A stretch of 64,000 nt of DNA from Polymyxa betae A26-41 (Eukaryota > Protista > Endomyxa: Phytomyxea). This document shows, in pieces, positions 1 to 14,262 of the stretch. A program made the position numbers and the translations under genes. The stretch spans positions 208,095 to 272,094 of the forward strand of contig RBZT01000312.1 in assembly GCA_003693705.1 (NCBI GenBank), read 5' to 3'. The notes beneath the pieces were generated by a model. The model did no database searches. It saw only the letters and a list, made by a program, of their open reading frames with translations, and had not been told where the DNA came from. The stretch's first letter is position 1; every line of letters starts with the position of its first letter.

Positions 1-1886
1 ATTCGCACATAGTGTTATCCAGCTGTTAACAATTGAGAGCGCTAAAGTCCAACAGCAAGGTCTCATATCTCTCCATAAGTTTCAGTCATACGTTAATTCT
101 ATGTTTTCTTATAGCATCTCGACTATTGGTCTATTTAGCTATAACCCGACCGGAGCTGCTTCTAACCCAGCCCATCATCTCGCAGCTCTGTCGCCTGATC
201 AATCATGACATGAACAAGAACCTGGAGACGGTCCCGGTGAACGACCGCGTCCAGCGTCTGATCTCTGCTTCCGATGGCAACTCGCACATGTCGTCGACAT
301 CTACCGGAAGTCGAGCAGCACGAACGATTTGTATGATGTCGCCATTGACAGTGAGTAATGGCGAATATATGATAGAATGTGGTGTCCTATCAGGATTAAC
401 ATTGATGTATTGCAATATACAATCATATGAGTCTCAACAGATCGCGAACCAGACTCTGAGGATGGTTTTATCTGCTGTGCCACATTCAGCTGGCATACTA
501 GAGAGATATATGGGCCCTGAAATCTATTCGGCTTTCGTCAACAAATTGCAGGGAGCAGCACTGCATCGAATTTTTACCGAGGATGCTATTCAACAAGTTC
601 GGCGGGCGATCGGTGTGAAAGAATCCGATGTGGGCAATTCTCATCGATCGAAAGAATCGATAGAGATGCATGAAGTTTTGCAAGGAAAGGTTGTTGATGA
701 TGGCAGTGAATTGCCCCCTGGAACGACAGAAGTAAATTGTGAGGCATTGTTGTAGTTCCGGCAATAAAGTGATTGCGATAGGAGAAGGAGGATGAAGATA
801 AGACCCAGCCAGTGACAGATCATGCTAACGAAGAGGTTTTAACTGGAAATAATGCATTGAACAAGTGGGTTTTCTCAACGCCATTTCGTTGATTTAGATA
901 TAAAAAATCTATCTCAGATTGGCGGTCAAACTCGTCATCGATCGTGGTGTGGCTGAAGCAGAGAAGCGTGCCAACCAGGCATATAAATTGAACGACAGCA
1001 GTCCAGCTAACAAGAATATGTACCAAACGATTGAAAGACGATCTATGGAACCCACCGAAACTTTAGAATTGGTCATATCCTTGAAATTGATGTTATCAAA
1101 TTCATTGATCTGATCGATTTCAGATAGTAGCGATTAAAGAGCAGCAACACGCTGGGAAGGGATCGACAGGATCAGGGCCATCAAGTAGGCGTATTTCTGT
1201 TGAAAGCGACTCAGCAACTCGTTTGCTGACAAGGAAGCTAATTCCTGTCGGGAGCGGTGCCCGAAGCATCTCCCAGGCAGTTTTGACTAATCTAATCTCG
1301 TCACGAAGGTCCCTTCTGCCTGGTCTAAACGATCAATGCTTACGCGATTACAGAGGATCGCTTCCACGTTCTACCAGCGCTTTGAAACACCAGGCGGGAA
1401 ACACAGGCCTATTTGTGCCAATGGCGATACCGAATCTGCATGAAGGAACGGTGCTGATGACGCAGTACACATCGCATAACCTCTATGACCAAGAGATCAA
1501 CATTGACACACAATCGACAGAAAAGTATTGAATCCATTGTGATCTTGTAATGCAGATACTGAATGACTGCAGGTTGCTCCACGATTACAACGATCTACTG
1601 AAGACTATTCGATTGCTTCATGAGCAATGACGTAACCGGACATCATGAATTTCATTAGGTGGTAATCGATATTAGGCTGATTAGAGTCTGGTTGTCTGCC
1701 CCAGACTGGTCGATGGAATTGTTCATCAGGATATCCCTGCGAATACACCACTGGAACCCGATGATAAACCAAGATCAAAAACATATCACCAGCGATCAAT
1801 CGAAAACAAATTGCCATTTTACGTTGACATTATTGGTGGATCGTGCAAAACGTTTCGCAATTTATAATCAATCGATAAAGTCATAA
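1..1886 (+). CDS. 3' part of a multi-exon hypothetical protein (5' end outside window)
   Basis: Chain of + strand ORFs (33-755, 919-1113, 1223-1531) joined by plausible short GT-AG introns. No family motif recognised and the 3' end is uncertain. Confidence 0.5.
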
Positions 1887-2220
1887 ATCATAAAACGTAT
1901 ATATTATTATCGAATACGATAGGCTGAATATGCATATGAATCCATTACGAATCTCAAGTGTCGAGCTTGCAACACACATCTGCTGTTTCAACACGAACTT
2001 CTGTTTTATATTGGTGCCTGTGAAAATTCGTCCTTTTGGTAGGGACGATTTCAAGCCCCGTCATTCTCCATGGATTTTTAATAACAGTTGAGTAATTACC
2101 AACGGCATGTCATTTAACTGGCTTTCAGAAACTATGTCGAAAGCTCTAGCATTCTACATTTCAATTATAAGAGCAAAATACCGAGATGATCGTGTGAATA
2201 TCATTTAATAAACAAATCTA

Positions 2221-5200
2221 CTATACTGAATTCAAGCCAACCTCTTTCAATCGCGCTTGAAGCTCTGAGATACGAACCTGATTTCTACTAATGATTTGTC
2301 TTGGATTTTCGATAGGCGTTTGTGATGATTGCCCTGGTTGCACAGGTACCGCTTGAATCCCTTGCCGTTTTATATTCAGCTCCTTTCTAAGAGTGTTAAT
2401 CTCCTTGATCAACTCGCTGTTTTGCTCCATGACGCGATGCGTTTCACGACTTCGCCGTTTGCTGTCGTTTTCAACGCTGCGCTTTAACCGATCGATTTCT
2501 CGACGCAGATACGTAGATTGCTTATTATACTCGGCTTCTATATCTGGCTCCCGATCAACCATAGTCGCATTGGCTTGCACATATGTTGCAACGAGCTGTG
2601 TGACGCCTTCCAGCATAGCGGCATCTTCCAAATGCACTACATGATCCAGATCGAACATCTGCCTTTCAGATTGAGCGCGAAGATGCTGTCCTTGATGCCT
2701 GGCTTCATTTATGCTAGACTGGATTTCGTTTGTCTGCTTTTTGAGATCTTCAACCGCTTGCTTTAATGTCCCGTTATCAGAATGCAACAGTTCCAGCTCT
2801 TCATCCATTTTCTCTTCTTGCTCTTGCATTTCTGAAATTTTGCATTCATGTGGTTCGATTTCTCGTTTGAGCTCTTTAATTTGATAATCTAATACAAACT
2901 TGTATTTCTCCATCTCTTGATTCTTTTTCTTCAGCTCGTAGATAGTGCGCTCCTTATCACCAATGGTAGCGTCAAGAGTGCTGATTTCAGATTTGTTTCG
3001 GTCAATTTCTTGACGCAGCAATGTAATTTGCCCACGAACGGATTCTTCCTTTTCCGACATCATTTTCAGTTCTTCCTTCTGATCCTCAATATCATTAGAA
3101 AGACTACTGAACCGTTTCTTCATTATTCCATTCTCGCCCTTTAATCGCAATGTAGTCTCACGTTCAGCAGCGAGTTGCTGATCGAACTTCTCCTTCAGCT
3201 CCTGAATTTCAACATCAGTGTCTTGCTCCAACTGGCGTTTGGTCTCGTTAAATTCGCGAAGAATCGCTTCTTTCTCTTCCAGTAATCGTTCCACACGGTC
3301 CTTTTCTCGATGAAGCATCTCTTCTAATTCTACCTGCCTCTCATCCAATGCATCTTGATGCCTCTCATCTGCAATATGCATCTGACGATCCCATTCTTCT
3401 TCCTCTTTCTTCATCTCCAACTCCAATTCGTGGTAAGCTTCCACTTCTTTCATGATCTGTTCTTGGTGCTCTTGCTTTGCCAAAGCCAGTGTTGCCGCTT
3501 GCATTTCTTCCAACTTCTTCACTGCTTCTTCGTAATCCATTTCCATGTCCTGTTTTTCATCCTTCAACCTATCATAAATCTTCTTCTGTTCCTCGAGTGC
3601 CACCTGACACGATTCTTTCACTTCTTTTAGTTTCTCGTTATGGCTCATTTCTTGCAAACGCAGCTGATACTCATTGTGTAGCGTCAGCTCGTCGACCTTG
3701 TTTTTCATATCGTTTGTTAGTGTGGCTCTTTCCTCTAAATCAGACCTAGTAACTAACACTTCCTCGCTCCACGGTATCTGAGAAGCAGCGGACGACGAGC
3801 TACGCCCTTCTTGTTCTCTGACATCAAACACAGCAAGACAGCCATCTGCACCGGCAGAAAAAAGCATAGTATCATCACGAGAAAGCCGTAATCGATTAAC
3901 GGCGGCTGAATGGCATTGATAATCCTGGCAGTGGCCTACCAAATGAGTTGGTCCTTAGAGACAAAATATGAGTGCAGCATTTACCTGTTAATGGGAACTT
4001 GAATGAACGGACTTGACCTTGCTCAGTTCCAGCAAACAACATTCTCTCAACCGGGTGCGAAAGTATAATCTGGGTAAGAACGGTGCCAGCATCAACTTCC
4101 TTTTGGACCGAAGAATCCGAGATTTCCTGATGTGGCTTTAGGAAACCTTTGAAAGATAATCACTGAATCTACCTTGAGAACACGATCATTTCCGACGGCA
4201 TAGATTTTGCCATCATGGCTACAAACGGCTTGATAATACTTGCAGCCCTTCTGGACGTACTCCCGCTCACGCTGCCCAGACTTTGCTGAGAACTCATAGA
4301 CAGCACCATCAGAGCCACTTGTTATAACGGTCTGATCATCATGGGTCCACTGAATGGATGATACTCTGGGAGGCCACGTCTTATGAAGGCACTGTCAGAT
4401 GCAACGTAAACGCTTACCTCTGATTATGACCTCGCAATGTGCTGATTAGATCGCATGTATAAGTTGAATACACCACTATCATGCTGCCATGGACGGCTGC
4501 GAACATATGCCCGCCAGACGAAAACTGGACTTCGCGACAGTTTTTCACGTTGATTTCTTTGCAAGGGCGGATATCGTCCATCAATAGATTCATCAGGCGA
4601 AGTTTATCAGTGAAACCGATAACGAGCTGGAATCCCGTTGGATGAATAGCAACAGAAAGACATTGTTCGGTGAAATTTTTGACACACTCCATTGTTCGAT
4701 CTAGGTAGTTCCAGACGCGAATGGTGCAATCGGCACCACAGGTGACGACGAGCGGTTTTCGGATGCAAACATCCATGCCTAGAATAGGACCCGAATGGAA
4801 CGACTCCAACAAAGATTCAAATTTGATTTCATCCGGCTTTAGAATGTCGGTGTTGGCGAGTGATAGGAAATATGCTCGTGATGCCGATGTGGTAACTGCA
4901 AGCAGCTGTTCGGACGGATTCAATGCGATATTCTGGACATCAGCAGTCGTAGATTGCCGGACATGGAGTCGCTTACACGATGCTAATAGAGCCCCGTGCT
5001 CATTGTCAGATGAGACAAGGTCGAACAGAAACACGAGGCCATGCCGAGACCCGCACACCAAGCCATGATTGAATCCTGATAAACACAAGGCGCTGGCCTG
5101 TGATGTCGAATTTACTGAGCCCTCACCGACGTGGTAATGCTGGTGACTGACAGTTCCTGGTTCGACTCCGACCGTGTTCAGATTGATTGCTTGGACGAAC

Positions 5201-5983
5201 GTTGATCCCAGCGGACTGCAAACGAACACGATGCCCGCTTGTGTACCCAGTACGAGACTATCTTTAAGCCAAGCATGCGATATGAAGTCGTGTTGGCTGA
5301 TGTCTTTGAAGTCGCTGGCGATCGGTTCGAATTGCATCGATGATGATAATCGATACAGAGAAATACGGCCATGCCCGATCACGACAACTAGAGTTGGGTC
5401 ATATGTTGAGAAGCTACATTGATGCATTGCAGGAGAAGACGTCTGCATTGAATTAGGGGTCGCCAGTGAGCTGATGTCGTCCACGCCGGCTCCAGATGCT
5501 GATCTCACTGAGTGCAAGGGGCGTATCTTTTCCCACATCCAGTTCGTCAAGAGATAATCGGGAGCAGCACCCAGTGTTAATAACAGTTTGCCATCCGGCG
5601 AGAACGACATCCAAAGATACTGCATAATTTGACCTGACATTATTACCTAAACTTGATTTGTTTGAAATCTGAGGCCGATAGATCTATACCAAACAAACCT
5701 TCCTCTTCCGTAAGGTTTGCACGTCAAAGATTGTGATTATGGCACGATCAGAAGCTTCGGCAATGGCAACGAATCTTCTGTTAGGCGACAGAGCTAAAGT
5801 GGTGATACGGGACCCTTCGCTCCCAAAGATAAATCTTTGAGTTTTTTTCTCAACATTATAGATTACTACTGAGTGGCCAGCAGGATAGAGAACGACATTC
5901 TCGTCTACGAAATGCAGATGAGAGAGGACCTCAGGGCTAAGACCCAGCGTATGCACATGGCTTAAGACAGGAGCTGACGCCAT
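2221..5983 (-). CDS. CFAP57: Cilia- and flagella-associated protein 57 (WDR65): WD40 propellers plus long coiled coil
   Basis: N-terminus LHFVDENVVLYPAGHSVVIYN..QRFI; FHSGPILGMDVCIRKPLVVTCGADCTIRVWNY; C-terminal LRLKGENGIMKKRF and YELKKKNQEMEKYKFVLDYQIKELK. About 5 exons. Confidence 0.93.
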
Positions 5984-6139
5984 TTCGGCCAGATCAGATC
6001 TGGCTCATGTACCCTGAAGATCATGACGTGCAGCATTACTTCCAGCAATCTTTAGGAAAGAGCGTCCATCATAATCCGGTCGTTCTTATATCTGAGAATG
6101 CTGCATTCAACGCGATTTGCAGCACCCATCAAATTAAAC

Positions 6140-8466
6140 CTACCCATTTACGAGCATTTTATTTGCTGAGTCGATTTGCAATTGAGCGAGTAAGTTTTGG
6201 ATTCGATGTTGAAGGGCGACAATTTGTTCCTTTTCCAATGGCACGTAACCCGGGATACTATCTCCTTGCCTATGTCGTTTCTCTTTCTCCAAAAGAACTT
6301 CCAGCAAACCAATTTCTTCTTTATCGCCAATCACGGCATCGGGGAGTAATGGTCGAGGCGCTGGTAACTTCTTCCGATCTGGCATAGATAAAGCTTCAGG
6401 CAAGGCATCACTCTCAGCACGGTGAATTTTTCGAATCCATGCTCGAACACAGGAGTTTGTCAACATTCTTCTTCGCACTTCAATTGCTGCCAAATTCCGC
6501 TCAGTCTTACGCCTGCAATGCTTGATGTACAGGATCCAAGCCCGAAACGCTTTTGATTGCAACGATATACTCCAGTGTTGCAGAGCAAATATCTGTAAAC
6601 GTCGCCATGATAATGCTCGATGCCATCGAATGAGAATATTAAAACATTTTCTATGCCGCCATAATCTTGTTACAACTCGAAAAGTTTTTCGCTTCTTCAC
6701 GAATCCAAGCCAATGAAGGAAAGATTCTCGATAGGTTATAATTTTTGAAAGGCTCCGGCGCCTCTGCAGCCGTAACCAAGCAATCAGCAATGTCCTTCTT
6801 CGAAAATTGTTTGCAGCTCTTAAATCATGCGCTAGCCTTAGCCAAAACGACAATAGTCGCTGCCTGTAGTGTAGCTGAGCAACCTGGGTTTTCTGTTTGC
6901 AATTATGAAGATGAACGAACAGAGCTGTGAATGCATTTTTCCGCAACTTGTTGCGATCAAAAGAAATGGCTTTAAACAGTGATCGGTATTTTTTCAAAAC
7001 CGAAATGACTAAATTCCTCTGGGATAGTGAACGAATGATGAAAGTAATTCGTCGCGTACGATCTACAAACGATTTCCACTCTTGAAAGAATGGCAAAAGC
7101 AATCTTCGACGCCAGCAAGCTGTAATTGATGCATTCACACGCCAACAGCGGAAAAAATGACGTTTTTTAACGTCAAACCATGCGAAGTTGCAACGCCACT
7201 CATACAGGTAATTAGACAGAATTCGACGATCATCGAACGCCCTGGCCTTCAGAATGACATTAAACTAAACCGATTGAAAACTGTTCATAGGTTACCTTCG
7301 ATAACGAATAGTCCCATCGCCACGCGATATATACTTTTTGCTGCAATCGCAATTAGCAAGTCAGGTAACATTTTTGACAGCCGGTGATGTACTTTGAGCG
7401 CAGAACGGTAATGTTGAGTTGAAGACATCTCAGCTATCCTTCTTGCAGATCGTACGCGATAAAGACGAACCCATTTGCGAAGAAATGATCTCAACGGATA
7501 GGAAGATTGAATACTCTAACAGCGCTTTCAGCCAGACCAATCATGGAAAAGCAGAAAATACCTGAATCCTCTTGAACCGTAACCAAGGATAGAATACTTT
7601 CTTCCAGACTACACAGTTATCAAACCGGATAGCTGTCGAGATCAACTTGTTCCGCCGCTTCTGGATTTCTAGAAAACGAGACTCCCAGGCGATCCAATAT
7701 CCCAACAGGAACATTTTCCTAGAGGTTTTTAACGCCGATCGCCATCGCTTTAGAATCCTTCGCTAAATATGATGTCAATTTGCTTACGTTAGAAAGTCAG
7801 TATAAATTTACAGTCAGGAAGCTTTGGCGATACTTCTGTACAGATGATTTGGAAAGACGAGTTTGATAAAGCCAATGTTTAACAGCTGGTCGTAAATGCA
7901 GCTTGGCTTCCAACCGGGATCTCCATCTGCCAAATGCAATCTGGCGGCGATACTTAAAAATGCACACTCTAACAGAGGGCTTTGATCCTCGGCGAGCAGA
8001 TCGCCCTATCACAGGATTAATCGCATGACGATGCCTTTTCCTTTCACCCACGAGCTAGATACGATCTCCAAGCCGTCCAGGCTCGTATTAGAGAACGCCG
8101 ATAATAATCGCGTCGCTGCTGGGCGGCCGAAATCCATCGCTTCCAATAAGTCACTAAAAGGGCCATACAATGCCACGATCCAGCTTGCTTATAGGTCCGA
8201 TGCTTAAGCACATATCGACGCCATATAGAAATGGCATGCAAACGTTTTTGTTGATTCGCTTGCCTAGCCTGCACCCATCTCCGGTTCACGATTCTTAGAA
8301 GCCGGTGCTGGCATGAAGCCGTCTGGAACGTCTCGAGAAATTGCAGTTTCTTCGCCTTCGAGGTGACATCCCGCCATTTCCGTATAGCATAGCACTCAGC
8401 AAATGAATGCTGTCTAACGGCCATACTAATGAGGCGATATGGCCAAGTATCGTAAACGTGTCTCAT
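6140..8466 (-). CDS. SFI1-like centrin-binding repeat protein
   Basis: Very basic helical protein with periodic LLxxxF/LxxW repeats (LLPFFQEW, LQSKAFRAW, LIRAWTAW). ORF pieces join through short introns, e.g. a 46-nt intron near 8006-8051. Confidence 0.7.
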
Positions 8467-8539
8467 CCTGGCTTTGGCAGAGCCAAGCGGCCCCAGGCGC
8501 AGCCAGCCATCAGTCCATTATTCACTTGTTTGCGGCAAG

Positions 8540-10191
8540 ATGGTCGTGACCATTGTAGGCGCTGGTCTGACCGGCTCCATGCTGGCCATCTTATTGGCAG
8601 AATATGGAGAGAAAATCGTCATCATGGAAAAGAGAAACCAGGAGCCAGAAGATGAATTTATCGACTGCAGAGAAACGGCGCATCTTGTCAATCCGAACAA
8701 AAGGTGGGCCTGGCGACAGCTGCTTTGACGCTATGTTAAAATCGGATAAGGTCGATCAATTTAGCACTATCGTTCAGAGGAATCGCCGCTCTGAAGAAGG
8801 CTGGTCTTTTTGAGAAAGTTCGGCCGCTACTAGTTACGATGGAAGGACGCTGTGTGCATCCCCTTAATAGTCCCGTCAATGTCCAACCATACGGTCACGA
8901 AGGACAAGTATTGCTAATCAGATCGAACAGAACTTTTCATATAATATGTTTTAGGCTATTTATTCTGTTGCCAGATCAGACATGAACTCGTTTTTATTGG
9001 AACATATGAAATCTCTTATGAATGTATCGATTCGCTTCGGATGTATTTCTGAACGAGTATCTTCTGATGGGGAAGTTATTTTCGTCGATAATGGCCATCG
9101 GCAAGCAATGCCTTCAGATTTGATTATCGGCGCTGATGGAGCATTCTCTTCTGTTCGGGATTCGCTATTAAAATGCTCGCGAATCAACGTCGAACATCAA
9201 TCGCTTTCTGTTGGGTATAAAGAATTCATTCTGCCGGCCACGTCTTCTGGATCGTATGCTCTCCCATATCCAAATGCACTGCATGTCTGGCCTCGGCATT
9301 TACTTGGTATGCTGGTGGCGTTGCCCAATTTCGACGGGTCGTTTACATGTACATTGTTTATCCCCTGGGATGGACCAAGAGGACTAGATGCTTTGGATAA
9401 AGCTAGTGATGAGCAAGTATTTCACTATTTTCAGGAGCTATTCCCTGACATCTGCGATCTCGTCCCAGATTTAATCGACCAGTTTCGATGTAGCCCCTCA
9501 AGCCCATTATTGACGGTGAAAACCAATCCTTGGAATTGGGTACTGCTATTGCGAAACCAATTTGGTGGGCTTACGATAAGTAGGGGAAAGTTGTACTTCT
9601 TGGTGACGCTGCTCATGCTGTGGTCCCTTTCTATGGGCAAGGGATGAATGCTGGATTTGAAGATGCATTACTGTTTCAAGAAATTTGGGATGTAAGGGCA
9701 TCAGCTCAATGCTGTCTCTGTACTGATCAGTTCCAGGAGCAAAGAGGGGATATTTCCAGAATATTAACCGAATTCAATAAGCGTAGGCAACCTGGAGGAA
9801 TTGCATTGGCTGATTTATCTTTGAGGAATTTCCACGAGGTAATTCCATCCATCTAAAAATTCAAGGGTTGTTTAGTAGTGATTTAGATGAGTTGCCTAAC
9901 CGTCCACAGAACATTTCGCTGGAAGAAGCGTCTTGAAAGTGTCAGTTTTTCGTTAACTATTGCAAAACAATTCTAAATTGCACTGTTTAGGCCCTCTCTC
10001 ACTACTTTCCAAATCTCTGGATCCCGTTGTATACGATGGTTAGCTTTACACGCATGCCTTACGAAAAAGCTACACGCCGAGCGAGACTTCAAAATAAGAT
10101 CTTGTACTCAGTGCTGGGATCATGTTCACTTCTTCTGTCAGTATCGGTTGGTGCATTAATACTTCGATACAGGAGAATGCGTTTCGAATAA
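8540..10191 (+). CDS. KMO: Kynurenine 3-monooxygenase
   Basis: [11 protein letters not shown] motif, [49 protein letters not shown] and a C-terminal hydrophobic anchor; multiple introns. Confidence 0.93.
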
Positions 10192-10284
10192 TAGTCTAGA
10201 TATGCTTATTCTATTATTAACAAGCTTGTTAAAAAGTGTACTTGATTCTATCCAAAAATAAAAATATCTGTTCTAGCTAACAAT

Positions 10285-13200
10285 ATGGATAACAGTTTGC
10301 GGGCACGGTTGGATGAACTAGTCGGCCAACCTGTAGATGTGGCGTATTCTCTCGCTGTTCAGAAGATCAACAAGTATGGGAAGCTTCAGCGTCGAATCAT
10401 CGTTTTGGGGAATTATAGCATTTTTACATTAAAACTATCTGGGAATGGATCCAGAAAGAAAGTCTCTATCCAACGGCAAGACCATCTCTATCATTTGCTT
10501 GAAGTCAAAGTCACAGATCAAGAGGTGCGGTTGGAATACATGACGTTCTGAATCCGACAGGCTGATTCTCTGGTTCAGATCGCAATGTTCTTTCCTGATT
10601 TCCAGTTACGAGTAGTCGCTGAACTTGGGACTGCGCTGGAGCTCATAAGGAATTTATATAAAGAATATTGCAAGCTAACAAACTCCTGTACTGATGGATC
10701 TGTTGCCAAATTTTCAGGTAATTTGAGAAGTAAACGTTCAACACCATTGCCAATGTCCTATCCAGGGAAATTCTCAACCGACTATATCTCGTCAGCAACA
10801 CTATTGAAAAGTATTCAGATCCGTATGTCAACCAACAACATTTGTAATTGCCAAACTTTGACAATACGGCAGATATGTCGGATTCGGCGGCGTTCTCTTA
10901 CAGGTTTAATGGGGCATGTAAATTATTCGATGCCAAGCCTACCTACGAGGCTAGAATGAACCTATTAGCTGCTTATACAGCCGCTGCCAATGCCGATCGT
11001 GACTCAGAGCGCGTCCTGTATATGACCCCCGAACGATACCCGAATCTGGATTTACCCATAATCCAGGCGCTATTCAAAGCACTCTTCTACGGAATGCCAT
11101 TTGTTAAAGTCGGTCGCGTCATCATTTCATGATCAGCGCCGCTCAGCAACCTCAATCAGGTGCTCATACATAATATCGCTCTGAAAGATGCCGGTACGAT
11201 CACAGCATTAGAAGCCATCGCTCGATTCCCAATCGCTCGCATTCTCGAGATGCGCAAGGTGGGCGCCACGATCGCCAGCGTCCCTGCCCTGCGAAGGTTC
11301 ATACCGGCCCAGCGCTCCCCTGTTCGCTCATCTTGTTGACTGTAGTGCTCTAATGCGACCCAGCGGATTCGACTCGTTCGACATCTCAGGAAATGAGTTG
11401 GAAGGTAACGGACGTTACCACGATGTGGAGGCGCTGAACACGTTCTGGTGACAGATGACGGGATGCTGGTGATCGCAGATGTTCTTACTGCCTGGACGAC
11501 GCCATTGGAGTTGCTGTCGGTGGCCCGACTGCGTTCGATGCAGCTGGGCACGGGTCGGTTCGCTGCCGCCATCTTAGACAACATCGCTCTACGTCGATCG
11601 CTGAAATCGCTCGGTATCGATTGACTTTTAGATGATCGTCAATAATCTCAACTTCATGATAGATTTATCGGGAAATGTACTCGGTACGGCTGCCGGTGAT
11701 AACTTGCAGAAGTATTTGGAGTCGCCAGACTGTGCTCTGCAACGCATCATCCTCTGCAACTGCCAGATTGGTGGTGAAGCCTCGGTCTTGGTGGCAGCGG
11801 CTCGTTGCCCGACCATGGTGGAGATGAACGTGGCCAGAAATCCCTTCTCGGACGCCGCTAGTCTCAACCTCTGCGATGCGATCGCATCCAGCTCCAGCCT
11901 GCGTCATATCGACATCTCATTCCTGAAGCTGGCACCGCGAGTCATCGAAGCCATCGTGGCGGCGACGTTTCGATCCGATAACAAAGAAAATATGACCATA
12001 ATCTTGAACGGCAACGATCTCGGCGAGGAGGTCGGAGCCAAAATCGCCTCGATTTTGAGCGGCTGTGACAGCATCCGCGAACTGCACCTGGACAATTGCG
12101 AACTGGGCCAGTACAGCGTCATGCTGGTCCTGAAATGTCTGACCGGCAGAAAGATCGTCAAGCTGACTGTCGCCGGGAATATCGTTGATGGCGAGCAGCG
12201 TTCAAAGACGGAGGTGGACACGATGGCAGAGACGTTGGGGGCGTTCATCTGCGAGACGAAGACGATTGAGGAGCTGTCCATCGCTGATAACGGGACGGCG
12301 CGGGCCGCCATCAACGTCCTGCCCATGGTGGAGATGATGAAGCAGGGTCATGGCAAAATGCTCAAGACGCTGGACGTCCAGGGCAACGCTTTAGGAGATG
12401 AAGGTATCGCCGCCCTTGCCGAACATCTGGCCCAGAACAACACGCTGCATTCTCTGTTTCTTGATCACAACAATATCAAGGTATTCGTCGAATTATTTGC
12501 AAAGCATTTTCGTGTTGAAGTTGATATCGTTAGCTGCGAGGATTCGAAGCGTTAGCGCGCGCCCTCGAGACGAATGTCTCGATTGTCAATATGCCGTTCC
12601 CCTCTCGAGACTACAAGTGCGCCCTGCACATGATCGGGACGAATCAGGTGAGAGTTTTGATCCATTATTAGGACAAGAAACCAGTTAACGAGAGCATGTT
12701 AGGATGACCTAAAGAATATCCCGAACTTGATCGAATCGAAAATCGTTCGGAATCGAAATATTCTGGCGCCTGGTCATCAGAATCATAAAACGCCATGGTA
12801 GCAGGTCGGAGCTAATCACAAAAATGACAGCAGAAAATCGAATAAAAGCCCACCGCTCTCATTATTTCAGAAGCCCTATTGTAATTTCAGTTATCGGCCT
12901 GCGATATGCAGCTACCAACGATGTCCGTCCGAGCAAAATCGTTCGGTTGATCGATGGGAATTACGGTCTCCGTCACGGTATCCGGACGCAACCCGCACGA
13001 TCTAGGCTTCGAGCGCCGATGGCATTGTCGGCGTGCACAATCCCAATTCTCTCTCTTGCACGAACACCATTTCGGAGACGATGATTGTAGAGGCCTTCCT
13101 CTTCACGATCCCATTGATGAGTTAGCGATCACCGCACCGACCGTAATACTGATCCCGTCTCAGCTTCTCAAATGACTGATCTCTTGTCGTCAGATCGCCA

Positions 13201-13637
13201 GTTGCTGAGTCCCGATAGCGAGTCTTGGAGCGATTGAATGACAAAGCCTCTAACATTGCAATTCTTGCTTCTCCAATCATCGATGATGATGAAGATGCTC
13301 AGCTGGGGAACCTGGAACAACATTCGGTCATGTCGTGTAGATCAGGATCAAACATAACAACAGAAGAATCGGCAGGAATCTGCGAACCAGATTCTGGATT
13401 GTAAGCTTCTAAACAGCGCTCGCTCCAACTTTCGAGGTAAATGATCGATTGAAGATGAAACTTCAAAGACCTGATTTCCACAATCCAGATATCGAGCTAG
13501 CTGAAGGCACGAATGAGCGACTCCTTCCTCTAGAGAATCCTCTCTTTCGAAGGTTGTCCGTTAACGAGGCGGAATCTAGACGTCGTTTCATCGGCGGTGC
13601 CGCAAGAGAAAACAGCACGTTTAGCCTTATCGGCTAG
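10285..13637 (+). CDS. CARMIL/LRRC16-like protein (N-terminal PH-like domain plus RNI-type LRRs); 3' end uncertain (12.8-13.6 kb)
   Basis: VQKINKYGKLQRRIIVLGNYSIF PH-like start, then LRRs such as LDVQGNALGDEGIAALAEHLAQNNTLHSLFLDHN. Confidence 0.65.
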
Positions 13638-14262
13638 AGAATTAGAGCCAGTAGATCGCCGGGACATTGCTGCCAATGTTAGGACATTCGCCGGTCGGCC
13701 TTAATTACTCTGCTTTGATTGTAAAGCTGTTAAAGCTTTATGGAAGGGACTGGTAGCTTATGCGTAGACGAATGTCTAAACCCTGTCTGAGCATTCTCCT
13801 TAATTCCTATTTGTAAGTATTGCTAGCATCGGCTGCAATGTTATTATCTAACCTAAGCCATTTCAAGCGTCTTCGACAACTCGAAGATCGTTTGTCGCGT
13901 TCACGAATGACAGATAATCGGGCGCGGCATCGCGTTTATTCATTAGCTTGAGAAGAAGCAAATCTTGATCCATGTACCCGCCATTCGATGGTCGGAAGTG
14001 TGAATCAGATATGGCGCTCCTATGTGACTCACTTGTCGTGACACATACGATGGGAGTCAGACTTGGGCGGCAAACCCTAGCGTCACTCCGGTCCTGTCAA
14101 ATCAGCCGACTGCGCGGTTTTCGAATCACTCTCTCATTCGTTAAAGAAGTGCGCTCTCTCGCTCCTACGGTAGGACAAGACCCTCGCGGAGTCCGCATTC
14201 GGTTTTCAACGACTATCGGGGCCAATATAGTTACTGTGTGAGTCCGCGGGTATCGCTCCATC